Shown one piece after another: positions 51,571 to 61,168 of a stretch of 64,000 bases of DNA. The first letter of the stretch is position 1. Every line of letters starts with the position of its first letter. The stretch comes from a virus (taxonomy: Duplodnaviria > Caudoviricetes), in IMG/VR virus record IMGVR_UViG_3300048502_000104, positions 805-64,804 of that record, one strand, 5' to 3'. Made by a program: the position numbers and the translations under genes. The notes under the pieces were generated by a model. The model was not told where the DNA came from. It made no database searches and saw only the letters and a program-made list of their open reading frames with translations.

Positions 51571-52335
51571 TTAGCCTCCCGGCGCGCCGGCGCCGCCGGC
51601 CATCAGACCAGGTGGAGGTTGGCCTCCCCCCGGTGCCCCAGGAGGACCGCCGCCGGGTTGAGGACCCCCAGCTGGGGATGCTGGACCTGGCGCAGGTGGC
51701 GCGCCGGCTGCGGGACCTTGGCTCGCGCCAGGCCCACCAACCCCAGCTGGGGGCCCTCCGGGCTGCTGGCCAGGCTGCGGCGCGCCCGGGTGGTGGCCGC
51801 TATTTTGCGCCTGCTGCAGCGCCCAGGCGGTCTCCTGCATCATCATCTGGATCGACTGGGCGAGATCCTTGTCGTCCATCTGCACGAGACCGCTCTTGAC
51901 CAGGAAGTGGGCCAGCCACACCAGGACGTAGACCGACGCCGGGATCAGCATCTGCGGCGGGAAGGTGTTGTTCGACTGATGCCACAGGATCTGCATCAGG
52001 GACACCACACCCTTGGCCAGCTTCTGAGACACCGGCCCCGGGCCGCGCAGCGACTGCAGCACGAACTGGTGGGTTTTCGGGTTCGTGCAGAACTGGATCG
52101 CGGCCTTGACGATGTTCGTGAACGCGGGCATCTGGTTGCCCGGGATGTGCATGCCGGCCAGAACCTTGTCGGGCGTGACCGACAGGCCGTCCGGCGCCCC
52201 ACCTGCCGCGGCGGGCGTAGCGGGGCCCTGCCCCCCGCTCGGGGCTTGCGTACCCGGCTTTCCCTTGGACGGCGGCGGAGCCGGCGCGGGCTTCGGCGCA
52301 GAATTGAATGCGGCTTTGCGTGCTTGGCGCTTCAT
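51571..52335 (-). CDS. Hypothetical virion protein with Pro/Gly-rich termini
   Basis: 254 aa, helical core. Confidence 0.6.
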   Translation of the reverse strand: MKRQARKAAFNSAPKPAPAPPPSKGKPGTQAPSGGQGPATPAAAGGAPDGLSVTPDKVLAGMHIPGNQMPAFTNIVKAAIQFCTNPKTHQFVLQSLRGPGPVSQKLAKGVVSLMQILWHQSNNTFPPQMLIPASVYVLVWLAHFLVKSGLVQMDDKDLAQSIQMMMQETAWALQQAQNSGHHPGAPQPGQQPGGPPAGVGGPGASQGPAAGAPPAPGPASPAGGPQPGGGPPGAPGGGQPPPGLMAGGAGAPGG

Positions 52336-52337
52336 GG

Positions 52338-53348
52338 TCAGACCACGCTCGAGTTACGCGGGGCGTTCTGGGGCTGGCCCGAGTACGCCTGCGGGGTTTG
52401 CTGTTGGGCGGCCTGGGCCAGGATGCCCGTGGCCGGCGCGACGGGCGCACCGTTGGCGCCGCCGGCCGCCGCCTGGTTGGCGAGGCCGCTGGCACCGAGC
52501 AACGTGTTGTTGTAAGCCGCGCGCTGCGCTTCCGTGTACTGCAGGGATTCGAGCGGCACCTGGCTGGCGGCGATCTCGGCCTTCTGTTCGGGAGACGGCG
52601 CGATGTAGCTCATCAGGCCGCCGACACCCTGTGCGCCGACCTTCACGAGTGCGGCCTGGGTCTCCGGCTTCAGGCTGCCGAACCACTTGCCGACCTGGTC
52701 ACCCAGCCCGGTGCCGTTGTTGGCGGCCTCGTCAGCCGAACTCAAGCCGGTAGTGCCGAGCGGCGTGGAGCCGCCGGCTTCGTCCGCGGCCTCGCGCACG
52801 GGCGGAACGTTCGCGCCCGGCGTGGTGGGCGTGGAGGTGACGGTGTTGCTGGCCGGTGGGCCGCCAGGTGTCGTGTCCGCGTTCGCGGCCGCACCCTGCG
52901 ACATCATCCCCTGGCCCTCGCCGGGCGCGCCAGCGCTCGCCGGGATCGGTTGCACCGCGGCCGCATCCTGCGGGGCCACAGCACTCGAGCTGGCGTTCAG
53001 GTAGCTGGCGGGGTCCGAGGAGTCGACCACCGTGGCGGCCGCGGTCGCCCCACCCCCACCGGTCGTGCCGACGGTGTCCGCGACGCCGGCCGTGGGCGCG
53101 ACACCGCCAAGGTTAGACGGTCCGAACAGATCGATCGCGCCCGTGGCCACGCTTCCGGCCGCGCCGAGGTAGCTGCCGTACTGCTCCAGGTGGGAGTTGC
53201 CCGTCGCCGCGCCGATAAGTGTCACCGCGCCGCCGGCAATGGCTGCGCCCGCGGCAATTGTCGCCATCGTGCCCACGGCGGCACCCAGCGCTACCGAGCC
53301 TCCGTAGATCTCGGCCGCGGCAATGATGATTGGAACGACCATCGGCAT
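52338..53348 (-). CDS. Internal virion (DNA transfer) protein
   Basis: Hydrophobic Gly/Ala-rich N-terminus typical of ejection proteins. Confidence 0.6.
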   Translation of the reverse strand: MPMVVPIIIAAAEIYGGSVALGAAVGTMATIAAGAAIAGGAVTLIGAATGNSHLEQYGSYLGAAGSVATGAIDLFGPSNLGGVAPTAGVADTVGTTGGGGATAAATVVDSSDPASYLNASSSAVAPQDAAAVQPIPASAGAPGEGQGMMSQGAAANADTTPGGPPASNTVTSTPTTPGANVPPVREAADEAGGSTPLGTTGLSSADEAANNGTGLGDQVGKWFGSLKPETQAALVKVGAQGVGGLMSYIAPSPEQKAEIAASQVPLESLQYTEAQRAAYNNTLLGASGLANQAAAGGANGAPVAPATGILAQAAQQQTPQAYSGQPQNAPRNSSVV

Positions 53349-53358
53349 CTCAGTCTCC

Positions 53359-53745
53359 TCAGCGCGCGGCGTACGCCGGCGCGTCCAGCATGTAGTAGTT
53401 GAAGCTGCCGTCCGTCCAGGTGAACCCGAACCCCAGCCGCTCGACGAATCGCGTTGCCTCGATGTCGCCTTGCATAATTCGCGTAGTCAGGTAGCCGTCT
53501 TGTTCTAAAAGACGGTGCAAAAATTGCACAATCCTGTTCTTCTGCAGCGCCAGCGCGCGGGCCTCTTTCTTCAGCACGAAGTGCACCTCGGTGCCCTTGC
53601 GCGCGACCGCTCCCGCGATCTTGTTGTTGACGATGAACGGCACGAGTTCCCAGTCCCCCAGATAGCCGCGCAGTTGCGCGTCGCTCAGCTGCGTGACCGT
53701 GCGCAGGTAGTCGAGTACGAGCTGAATCAGGCTTTCGCGTCCCAT
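53359..53745 (-). CDS. GNAT-like acetyltransferase-fold virion-associated protein
   Basis: EVHFVL...ATRFVERLGF; position analogous to T7 gp13-type genes. Confidence 0.6.
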   Translation of the reverse strand: MGRESLIQLVLDYLRTVTQLSDAQLRGYLGDWELVPFIVNNKIAGAVARKGTEVHFVLKKEARALALQKNRIVQFLHRLLEQDGYLTTRIMQGDIEATRFVERLGFGFTWTDGSFNYYMLDAPAYAAR

Positions 53746-53748
53746 CTA

Positions 53749-54897
53749 TCAGTTGCCGGAGCTATCGGTGGCGCCGGCGGCGTTGTAGAAGCTGGGTATC
53801 TGTGGGTTGGCCGGCGCGGGCGCGGCAGCGCTGGCCGGCGCGGGGGCTGGGGTCGGCACGCCGTTGATCACCGGCGCGTTGGTCGGGGTGGCGGTGGCGG
53901 GAGTCGTCGCCGCGTTAGTGCCGCGCCCGAAGCCCGTCCCGCCGGTGCCCGTGCTGGTGCCGCTCGCCCCCGGCAGGTTCGCGCCGCTGTTGTTGGCCAG
54001 CGAATTGTTCGGAGTCTGTCCGCCGTTGACCGTCGGGCCGAGGTTCAGCCCGGTGACGGCGTCCATCGTATTCAGGGACTGCTGCAGCTGCTGCGTGATC
54101 GTGTTGATCGCCGCCGACATCGCGGCCGCGTTGGTGATGTTCGGGTTCTGCATGATCGCGGCGATGTTGTTCTGCGCGGTCTGCGCGAGTGACGCGGCCG
54201 CGGTGTTGGAACTCAGCAGCTGCTGGTACGCCGACGTGATGTTCGACATCGTGATGTTGGTCGAGTTGACGGTGTTCTGGATCGACGCCTTGTTCGCGTT
54301 GTCGGCGGAGTCGACCGCGGCCTGGCCGGCGATCGACAGCTGGTTGTTCACGTTCGTGTTCAGCGCGGCGGCGTCGCTCTCGGCGATCGGCAGCGCTGCG
54401 TTGTCGGCCGCGGTCTGCCCCGCTTGCAGGGCCATGCTGCTGTTCAGCAGACCGCTGTTGGCCGCCTGCTGGCGCGCCTGTGTGTCGGCCTGCTGCATCA
54501 ACGGGCTGCCGGCTTGGGTCAGCTGGTTGAACTGGTTGGCGACCGTCGCCGTGCTGTTGTTGGCGTTGTCGAGCATCCCGGAAGTCGGCTGCGCGACCGC
54601 GGTGCCCGAGGCGGCCGCAGTCGTCGGGCCGGCGGTGCCGTACGGGTTGCTCGAACTGGTTTGCGACGCGCCGCCGGCCAGCAGCCCGCTCGTCGGGGTG
54701 TTGGCGGACGCGCTCGAGCTGCTTGGCGTGGGGCTCGTCGCGCTGGATCCGGTACCGCTAAGCAGCCCGCTGCCCCCCGTCGCCGTGGAGACGTTGACGC
54801 CACCGGCTGCGGCGTTTTGCGGCTGCGGAACGTTGTTGTTGGCGCTGCCGACTTGCGGGGCGGTAGCCGGCGCGGCGCCGGTGGAGGCGGTGGCCAT
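53749..54897 (-). CDS. Internal virion protein (Ser/Thr/Ala/Asn-rich)
   Basis: SPLMQQA...GLLNSSMA...AALPIA core, low-complexity termini. Confidence 0.65.
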   Translation of the reverse strand: MATASTGAAPATAPQVGSANNNVPQPQNAAAGGVNVSTATGGSGLLSGTGSSATSPTPSSSSASANTPTSGLLAGGASQTSSSNPYGTAGPTTAAASGTAVAQPTSGMLDNANNSTATVANQFNQLTQAGSPLMQQADTQARQQAANSGLLNSSMALQAGQTAADNAALPIAESDAAALNTNVNNQLSIAGQAAVDSADNANKASIQNTVNSTNITMSNITSAYQQLLSSNTAAASLAQTAQNNIAAIMQNPNITNAAAMSAAINTITQQLQQSLNTMDAVTGLNLGPTVNGGQTPNNSLANNSGANLPGASGTSTGTGGTGFGRGTNAATTPATATPTNAPVINGVPTPAPAPASAAAPAPANPQIPSFYNAAGATDSSGN

Positions 54898-54906
54898 CTG
54901 GGCGCC

Positions 54907-55422
54907 CTAGGTCAAGGCCGCGATCGTGCGGTCTTTGTCAGCCGACGAACGGGTGGTGCCGAACCAATATTGCATGCAGGCACCCCAGGTGGCGGCGAGC
55001 GCGCCGACGAGCTGCGTCAGGTTCGCGCTGTCGTCCAGCTTCAGGAGGTGCAGCGACGCGCCCCCGAGCAGCCCGAAAAACCCCAGAGTGACCAAAAACG
55101 TCATATAGGCCGGCACGTCGGAGTGCGTCGACTCCTCCAGCTTCCGGGCGCTGTCACGGTCGTCTGCGGCGATCTGCTCCAGCTTGATGCCGTTGTCGTC
55201 CAGGTGCGCCTGCAGCGCCAGCTCGGCCTGCTTGAAGGCGGCGAGCTGGTCCGGGCCCATCTGGCCGTCCTCGATCACCTTCTGGATCGAGCCGACGGTT
55301 GGTTTATCCAGATGCAGGAGCGGCCCGAGGATCGACACCGCGATCCCGGCGAACGGGCCACCGATTGCCGTGGCCAGGGCGGGCGCTACTTTGGCGAGCG
55401 TCCCCAGCCACGCCGCGGCCAT
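54907..55422 (-). CDS. Holin (3-TM GTA-holin-like)
   Basis: VAPALATAIGGP...DRDSAR...two TM segments...YWFGTTRSS. Confidence 0.75.
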   Translation of the reverse strand: MAAAWLGTLAKVAPALATAIGGPFAGIAVSILGPLLHLDKPTVGSIQKVIEDGQMGPDQLAAFKQAELALQAHLDDNGIKLEQIAADDRDSARKLEESTHSDVPAYMTFLVTLGFFGLLGGASLHLLKLDDSANLTQLVGALAATWGACMQYWFGTTRSSADKDRTIAALT

Positions 55423-55423
55423 G

Positions 55424-55717
55424 CTAGCTCGCGGTGGACGCGGCGGCGTGGGACGCAGCAGCCTGGGACAGCGCACCCGAGGCGAGCTGCAGGGCGGTCG
55501 CGGCCGAGACCAGGTGCTTGGCGGTCGTGGCCGCGCTCGAGACGTCGGCGGCGACGGTGCCGGCGGTCGACTTGGTCTGGGCGACGGCGGTCTTGAAGGC
55601 GGCCGTGATCTTGGCGTCGAGCGACTTGGCGTGCACCGACCAGGCGAACCAGCCGCCGGCGACACCGATCGCGCAAGTCAGAACCGGGACCAGGAACTGG
55701 AGAACTTGGGCATCCAT
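55424..55717 (-). CDS. Single-TM hypothetical protein (possible lysis accessory)
   Basis: N-terminal TM followed by Ala-rich helix, adjacent to holin. Confidence 0.55.
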   Translation of the reverse strand: MDAQVLQFLVPVLTCAIGVAGGWFAWSVHAKSLDAKITAAFKTAVAQTKSTAGTVAADVSSAATTAKHLVSAATALQLASGALSQAAASHAAASTAS

Positions 55718-55776
55718 GAGGGCTCCTCGAAATGGGGTCGGCGCGCGCCCGCGCCTGGGCTCCGGGATTATGGGCT

Positions 55777-55790
55777 AGTAAGCGCTTACT
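55777..55790. promoter_or_regulatory. Perfect 14-bp palindrome (candidate operator)
   Basis: AGTAAGCGCTTACT in the intergenic gap upstream of the holin pair. Confidence 0.55.
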
Positions 55791-55792
55791 GT

Positions 55793-56458
55793 CTAGTGGA
55801 TCAGGATCACGCCGAACTCGTACACCTGCACCGTGGAGTGGGTATTGTCGAGGGACGCCACCATCGTCACGGCTTCGCTGGCCGACAGCTCGGCCTCGGT
55901 GACGATGAGGCCGCTGAAGTTGCAGGAGGCGCTGTCGTTGGTTGTCCGGTTGTAGACCAGGGTCTCGTTTGCGAACAGGTCGCTGCCGTTGCCCTGAAAT
56001 TTGACCAAGTTGCTGAATGTGCTGCTGCCGGCTCCGCTGCCGCCACTGGTAAGTACCGAGGCGTAGCACCGGTACCGGCCGGCGACCGGCACCGTGATGG
56101 TCCCGGCGCTGGTCGACACCGTCACACCGCCCTGGCTCGTCGAGCCGGTCCACCCGCTGCCTAACGTCGCGCCGGAGATGACGCCGGAGACGGCCGGGTA
56201 GCCCGTCAGCGTGCCCCACGGTTTGGTGGGGGAGGCGTAACGCAGAATCCCGTTCGAGTCGATGTAGACGCTGTTCGCCGTAACCAGCGCGGTCCCGGCG
56301 GCGTTGACCTGCACCAGGCTTCCGGCTACCGAGGGGCTAAACGCAGGCAGCGCGGCGAAGCCGGTCGCGATGGCGGCGAACTCGGCGTCCGCGGTCGCGG
56401 GAGCACTGGCTGAGTTGTCGGCGGGGTAGCCCGTGGCGTTGTAAAAGGGGTTCGTCAT
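55793..56458 (-). CDS. Tail fibre/spike paralog 3 (C1q/TNF-like C-domain)
   Basis: N-terminal YNATGYP...AEFAAIATGF; C-domain GTITVPVAGRYRCYASV. Confidence 0.65.
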   Translation of the reverse strand: MTNPFYNATGYPADNSASAPATADAEFAAIATGFAALPAFSPSVAGSLVQVNAAGTALVTANSVYIDSNGILRYASPTKPWGTLTGYPAVSGVISGATLGSGWTGSTSQGGVTVSTSAGTITVPVAGRYRCYASVLTSGGSGAGSSTFSNLVKFQGNGSDLFANETLVYNRTTNDSASCNFSGLIVTEAELSASEAVTMVASLDNTHSTVQVYEFGVILIH

Positions 56459-57135
56459 CCGATCAACTCCACCTCGAAATACTGCACCGTCAGCGTGCCG
56501 CTGTTGATAACCGATCCGGCAAGCTGCAGCGTGGTATTCGCGGCAAGGACGACCTGTGTCTCGACATCACTCTGAATGGACCAGCTGGGCGCGCCGTTGA
56601 TTCCCGTGCCGTACATCGTGTTCTGATAAAGGTTCGGAATCAGCGCGCTGCCGTTAGCGTTCAGCGTGATGGATCCGGCAGAGTTGGCGGATCCGCTTGA
56701 CACCGAGTGCCCCGTGGCGGCAACGCACAGGTGAATCCGGTAGCGGCCGGCGGGCCCGATCTGGATCGTGCCATTTGTCAGGTTGACGCTGAACTGCGTG
56801 CCCGCCTGTGCGCTGGACGACACCGCGGACGCGCCACCGAACAGCCCACCGCTCAGGCTCATCGGGCCGATGCGTGTGAAGAGCTGCTGGCCGCCGCCGT
56901 TGAACGCGCCGGCAGCCGTGACCTGCCACACGAAGCCTCCGAGTCCGGTGAACACAATCAGATCGTTCGTATCCGACGCAAAGGGGATCGCGAGCGCGTA
57001 CGCCCCCAGAGACCCGATGCCCGCGCCCAGTAACGCCGTGAACCCGGCGGCGATGGCGGCGAACTCGGCACGAATCAGCGCGGGGCTCCCCGACGAGTTC
57101 GACTGTGGGTTACCGGTGACAATGTAGTAGCTCAT
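56455..57135 (-). CDS. Tail fibre/spike paralog 2
   Basis: MSYYIVTGNP...RAEFAAIAAGF; GTIQIGPAGRYRIHLCV. Confidence 0.65.
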   Translation of the reverse strand: MSYYIVTGNPQSNSSGSPALIRAEFAAIAAGFTALLGAGIGSLGAYALAIPFASDTNDLIVFTGLGGFVWQVTAAGAFNGGGQQLFTRIGPMSLSGGLFGGASAVSSSAQAGTQFSVNLTNGTIQIGPAGRYRIHLCVAATGHSVSSGSANSAGSITLNANGSALIPNLYQNTMYGTGINGAPSWSIQSDVETQVVLAANTTLQLAGSVINSGTLTVQYFEVELIG

Positions 57136-57764
57136 ACCAGCAGCTCGCAGCCGAACTCGTTGATGGCCTGGTTGCTCGCCGTCCCCAATGGGCACAGAAG
57201 CTGCAACGTGTCACCGGCGGCGCACGTCAGGGCTGTCCCCGCGGACAGGCTCATCGACGGCTCGAAGGCGCCGTAGCTGTACGCCTGGCCGGCGCCGCTC
57301 GATAGCGCGCTGCCGTTTTTTGCGATAGTGACTTTCAGGTTGTTGGCCTGCAGCTGGCCGAGGGACCCGGCGAGCGTGGCCCATACCCAGTACACACCAG
57401 GTGTGGCGATCGTGATTGTCCCGGTCGACAGCGTCACGCCGATGCCGCCTTGCTGGAATCGCGTCGACGCGAACGAGCACGGCCCGTTCGAATTCTGGGT
57501 AGCCGGCGTGGTGCCCGTCACGAGCAACGCGGCGGGCTGCTTGCCGCCGAGATCTTGCAATCCGAACGCGAACACCCAGTTGGAGTCGGTGACGAACCCG
57601 GTCCCGGAATCGTTCACGCGCAGCAAGCCCCCCTGGTTATACGGTGGCTGCGGAAAGAAAGTCATGCCCCTGGCAATCAACGCGAACTCGTTGCGCATCA
57701 CGGCCGAGTACGCGCCCTGCCCGTTGATCGGGTTGCCGGTGGGGTTGTAGTAAGGATTGGTCAT
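57132..57764 (-). CDS. Tail fibre/spike paralog 1
   Basis: MTNPYYNPTGNP...RNEFALIARGM; GTITIATPGVYWVWATL. Confidence 0.65.
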   Translation of the reverse strand: MTNPYYNPTGNPINGQGAYSAVMRNEFALIARGMTFFPQPPYNQGGLLRVNDSGTGFVTDSNWVFAFGLQDLGGKQPAALLVTGTTPATQNSNGPCSFASTRFQQGGIGVTLSTGTITIATPGVYWVWATLAGSLGQLQANNLKVTIAKNGSALSSGAGQAYSYGAFEPSMSLSAGTALTCAAGDTLQLLCPLGTASNQAINEFGCELLV

Positions 57765-59893
57765 CAGCGAATCCTTCTGCCGGGCGACCACGCCAGCGTC
57801 ATCGTGTTCAGCGTCCACTGGGCCGCGTAGTTCACGTTCGAGGAGATCGTGATCGCAATGTTCTCGCCGCGGCCCAGCACCTCGCACTCGGTCGGCGCCA
57901 GCGTCAAGCCGTCCCAGGTGAAGTTGTTCCAGACGAACGATCCCCACAGCGGCAGCGCGAAGGGCGCGGTGTACGACGCGAACGCCGGCGTCGGGTACAC
58001 GGTCAGCCCGTAGGCTTGCGAGTAGCCGAGCGTGAAGGATGCGTAGCTCGTCCCGCTGATCTCCAGCGACGCCTTGCGGTAGCGCTTGATGATTCGGTGC
58101 GACTGCTCGCTCGCGTAGACGAACGTCATGTAGGCATTGATCGCGGCCCCATCGAAGCTGGTTCCGCTATCCAGCTGCATGATGTGACCGGAGTCGGTCC
58201 CAAAGTACGTCGCCTCGATGTTCGACGCGCCCGCGGCCGCCGGCCCCTCGCACACGCAGCGCACGACGTCGGGGAAATTCACCGGCATCGCGCCCGCGTA
58301 GTTCTTCACGAGCCAGGTCAGGTACAGCGCGGTGCCGTCCGAGAAAAACACGCGGTACTGGCCGCGCTCGCGGTTGAGCACCGAGCAGCTGACGATGTTG
58401 CGCTTGGCCGCAATCAGCGGCTCGATGTTCATCGTCACCGCGCTGGGCTCGAAGTTGCCGTAGTCCAGCGTCGTGCTCAGTCCCACCACGCCGCGCATCT
58501 CGAACACGTACGTGTCGTACATGTTCTGCGCGGTGTTTGCGATCGCGCCCGTGCCCGAATTGAACGACGCGAGCTGTCCGTTGGCGCCGGAACCGAACGT
58601 CGAACCGTACAGGATGAACGTGTCGTTCGCGGTCCAGACGCCCATCGCACCCGTCGACTGGTTGCCTGGCAGCACGAGCAGGTTGGTGATCGCTTCGGGC
58701 AGCGCGATCTCACCGGAGCCAAGCAGCGGCGACCATACGTAGGGGTAGTTGAGCGCCGAGAACTGCAGCGACGGCCCGAAGCCCAGGAAGAGATAGAACT
58801 TGTGGACGCACACGTTGGTCGGCACGTCCGGAGACATGCCGGTCGTGATCGGCAAGTAGTTGATGCCGTCGAACTCGAAGCCCTTGTTCACGCCGTCGAT
58901 GCCGTACGCCTTCTGGATCGCGAGGCCGCCTCCGCCGAAGTTGCCTAGCGCGAACTGGTAGCTGCCGCCCGCGGTGGGTTGGATCAGTGCGGGCAGCGAC
59001 GTGATCGTGCCGAAGTGCACGGAGCCGGCGGTGACCTCGATTACCTCGTTGAGCTGGAAGGTCCCAGTGATGCCCGTCAGCAGCATCACGCCGCTGACCG
59101 CGTTGGACGTCCAGCTGCCGGCCAGGTTGGTGTTGTAGTTCTGGACCGCGAACACCGACACCGTCGCGGTCGCACCAGACGTCACGCCTTTGATAGCGGT
59201 GCCGTTACCCGGGTTCGTCGCGGTGCCATTGCTCGTGAAGCCTGCCAGGTACTGATATGGCACTTGCACCCAGCCCGCGTTGGTCGACTTATAGATGTTG
59301 GTGGTCGCCCCGCCGACTGCATCGCGCCACGCGTACACGACGCCGTTGAGGTACACCACGCCGCGGATGCGTCCCTGCCCCGGCACCGGGCTCATCAGCG
59401 CGCGCTGCACGTCGGCGGCGTTCGCCGTGAACTGCGCCGACGTCGCGGCATCGGTCACGGCGGGGACCAACGTGGTGACGGTCGCGGCGACCGTCGTGCC
59501 GTTGATCTTGATCGTCTCGCCGACCTGGAACGGCGTGTTGTTCCACAGCGTCAGCGCGTAAGTGTTCGGCGACGTCGACAATTGTGTTACGCCGCACAGG
59601 GTGCCGGATGCCCCGCTCGTCACACCCTGGATTGTCTGACCCTGCACGTAGCCGACGAGCGACGACACCGCGACCGTCGTGTAGGTCATCGAGCTGGGTG
59701 CGGCCTGCCCGGTGTATCGCTCGTACCCGGCGATGCGCGCGTAGCCGCCGGTGATCGAGATCTCGAAGTTCTGCGCGGCGCGCACGAACCCCGCGGGCAG
59801 CGACAGCGTGGGGGTCTTCAGATCCAGACCGCCCTTCATCTGGATCACGTCATCCCGGACCTCGCTCCAGCCCTGCGCCCCACCGCGCGCCAT
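57764..59893 (-). CDS. Tail nozzle / stabilisation protein
   Basis: 709 aa, beta-propeller-like composition; position after adaptor gene. Confidence 0.65.
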   Translation of the reverse strand: MARGGAQGWSEVRDDVIQMKGGLDLKTPTLSLPAGFVRAAQNFEISITGGYARIAGYERYTGQAAPSSMTYTTVAVSSLVGYVQGQTIQGVTSGASGTLCGVTQLSTSPNTYALTLWNNTPFQVGETIKINGTTVAATVTTLVPAVTDAATSAQFTANAADVQRALMSPVPGQGRIRGVVYLNGVVYAWRDAVGGATTNIYKSTNAGWVQVPYQYLAGFTSNGTATNPGNGTAIKGVTSGATATVSVFAVQNYNTNLAGSWTSNAVSGVMLLTGITGTFQLNEVIEVTAGSVHFGTITSLPALIQPTAGGSYQFALGNFGGGGLAIQKAYGIDGVNKGFEFDGINYLPITTGMSPDVPTNVCVHKFYLFLGFGPSLQFSALNYPYVWSPLLGSGEIALPEAITNLLVLPGNQSTGAMGVWTANDTFILYGSTFGSGANGQLASFNSGTGAIANTAQNMYDTYVFEMRGVVGLSTTLDYGNFEPSAVTMNIEPLIAAKRNIVSCSVLNRERGQYRVFFSDGTALYLTWLVKNYAGAMPVNFPDVVRCVCEGPAAAGASNIEATYFGTDSGHIMQLDSGTSFDGAAINAYMTFVYASEQSHRIIKRYRKASLEISGTSYASFTLGYSQAYGLTVYPTPAFASYTAPFALPLWGSFVWNNFTWDGLTLAPTECEVLGRGENIAITISSNVNYAAQWTLNTMTLAWSPGRRIR

Positions 59894-59894
59894 G

Positions 59895-60629
59895 TCAGGC
59901 TACCGGTGGGCCGAACTGCATCGGCGGGAGCTGCTGCTGCTCCAGCGGATCCATGATCTGCTTGTAGTTCTGGCCCGCGCGGATCAGCACTTCCGGCGCC
60001 GACTCGAAGCCGGCGTAGTTGTCCATCAGCGCCTTCCACACGATCGCCATGTGGTACTCGACCGGGCACAGCGGCGCGTCGGCGTCAGCCGACAGCATCT
60101 GCGGCTGCAGCTCGCACTCGACCTCGATCCGGTAGACCGCGTTCGGCACCGGCGCGAACCACAGCGTGCGCGCGGGGTCCTCGGACCACACGACCTGGCG
60201 CGACTGGGTGGTGCGCTGTGTCGCGTAGAGGTAGACGTTGCGGAACGTCGACCAGTCCATGTAGTTCAGGATCTGTTCGTCGGCGTACGCCTGGCCCTCG
60301 GTCGACGCGCGGCCGGTCTTGTGGATGTAGCTGCGGATGCCGCCGAGGCTGGTCGCGATCGGGTAGGTGTTCAGCAGGTTGACCGCGGCGTAGACCTGGG
60401 CCAGCGTGTAGTTCGCCTGGCCGATCGTGGTGTCCCACTGGATTGTCTGCCGCAGGAAGTTCCACTGCTGCCGCTTGATCTGCATGGTGAGCCACGCGTC
60501 CTGCACCCAGCCCTTGAAGCGTGTCGCTTCGAGGGAGGGCAGCGTGCCCTGCAGCGTTGTGAGCGGTGACGTGGCCTGGGTTGAACCGGCCTCGAGCATC
60601 GCACGGTTCACCAAGGCCAGGTAGTTCAT
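59895..60629 (-). CDS. Head-tail adaptor (tail tubular protein A-like)
   Basis: MNYLALVNRAMLEAG...WNFLRQ...FAPVP...PVEYHMAIVW pattern. Confidence 0.7.
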   Translation of the reverse strand: MNYLALVNRAMLEAGSTQATSPLTTLQGTLPSLEATRFKGWVQDAWLTMQIKRQQWNFLRQTIQWDTTIGQANYTLAQVYAAVNLLNTYPIATSLGGIRSYIHKTGRASTEGQAYADEQILNYMDWSTFRNVYLYATQRTTQSRQVVWSEDPARTLWFAPVPNAVYRIEVECELQPQMLSADADAPLCPVEYHMAIVWKALMDNYAGFESAPEVLIRAGQNYKQIMDPLEQQQLPPMQFGPPVA

Positions 60630-61114
60630 CAGTCGTTAACCTTCTCCAGCAGGATCGCGCGGATCCAGGCCATGCCCTTGGCGCCGGACGGATCGTGCAG
60701 GACGTCGAAGTTGTAGACCAGGCCGCTGCGCGCGACCATCGTGGCGCGGTCAAGGCTGACCGGGTCGCGATGCTGCGCGTAGCGCGTCTCTTTCATGCGG
60801 GCCAGCACCTCGACGTACTTGCGCTTGACTTTCGTCGGCACGTCGCGGAACACGACCTGATTCGTGGCGTTCACGGCCAGGACGACGTGGTCCGGCGCGT
60901 GCTCGTCGTAGCTCGGGTGGATCAGAATCTCGATCAGCTCGTCTTCGAACGCGGTCTCGGCCGCGATCTTGCGCAGGTCGGCTTCGCCGTTGACGGTGTC
61001 GATGCCGCCCGCTTCGTCGGCATGCACCACGTTGATCGCCGCACCCGCCAGCGCTCCGGCGGCCGCAGCCTTCTCGATCTTGCGCGAATTCAGACTCAGA
61101 GTTTCTTGACCCAC
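60629..61114 (-). CDS. Conserved hypothetical protein downstream of capsid genes
   Basis: 161 aa, GGAGG RBS. Confidence 0.6.
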   Translation of the reverse strand: MGQETLSLNSRKIEKAAAAGALAGAAINVVHADEAGGIDTVNGEADLRKIAAETAFEDELIEILIHPSYDEHAPDHVVLAVNATNQVVFRDVPTKVKRKYVEVLARMKETRYAQHRDPVSLDRATMVARSGLVYNFDVLHDPSGAKGMAWIRAILLEKVND

Positions 61115-61168
61115 GAGGCCCTCCAGTAAGTGCGGCGGGGGCCGCAGCCCCCGCGCGCCGCCGCCCGA

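Noticed and set aside
55793-57764. Diversity-generating retroelement or invertible tail-fibre cassette
   Set aside because: No reverse transcriptase, no TR/VR pair differing at adenines, no invertase or flanking inverted repeats.
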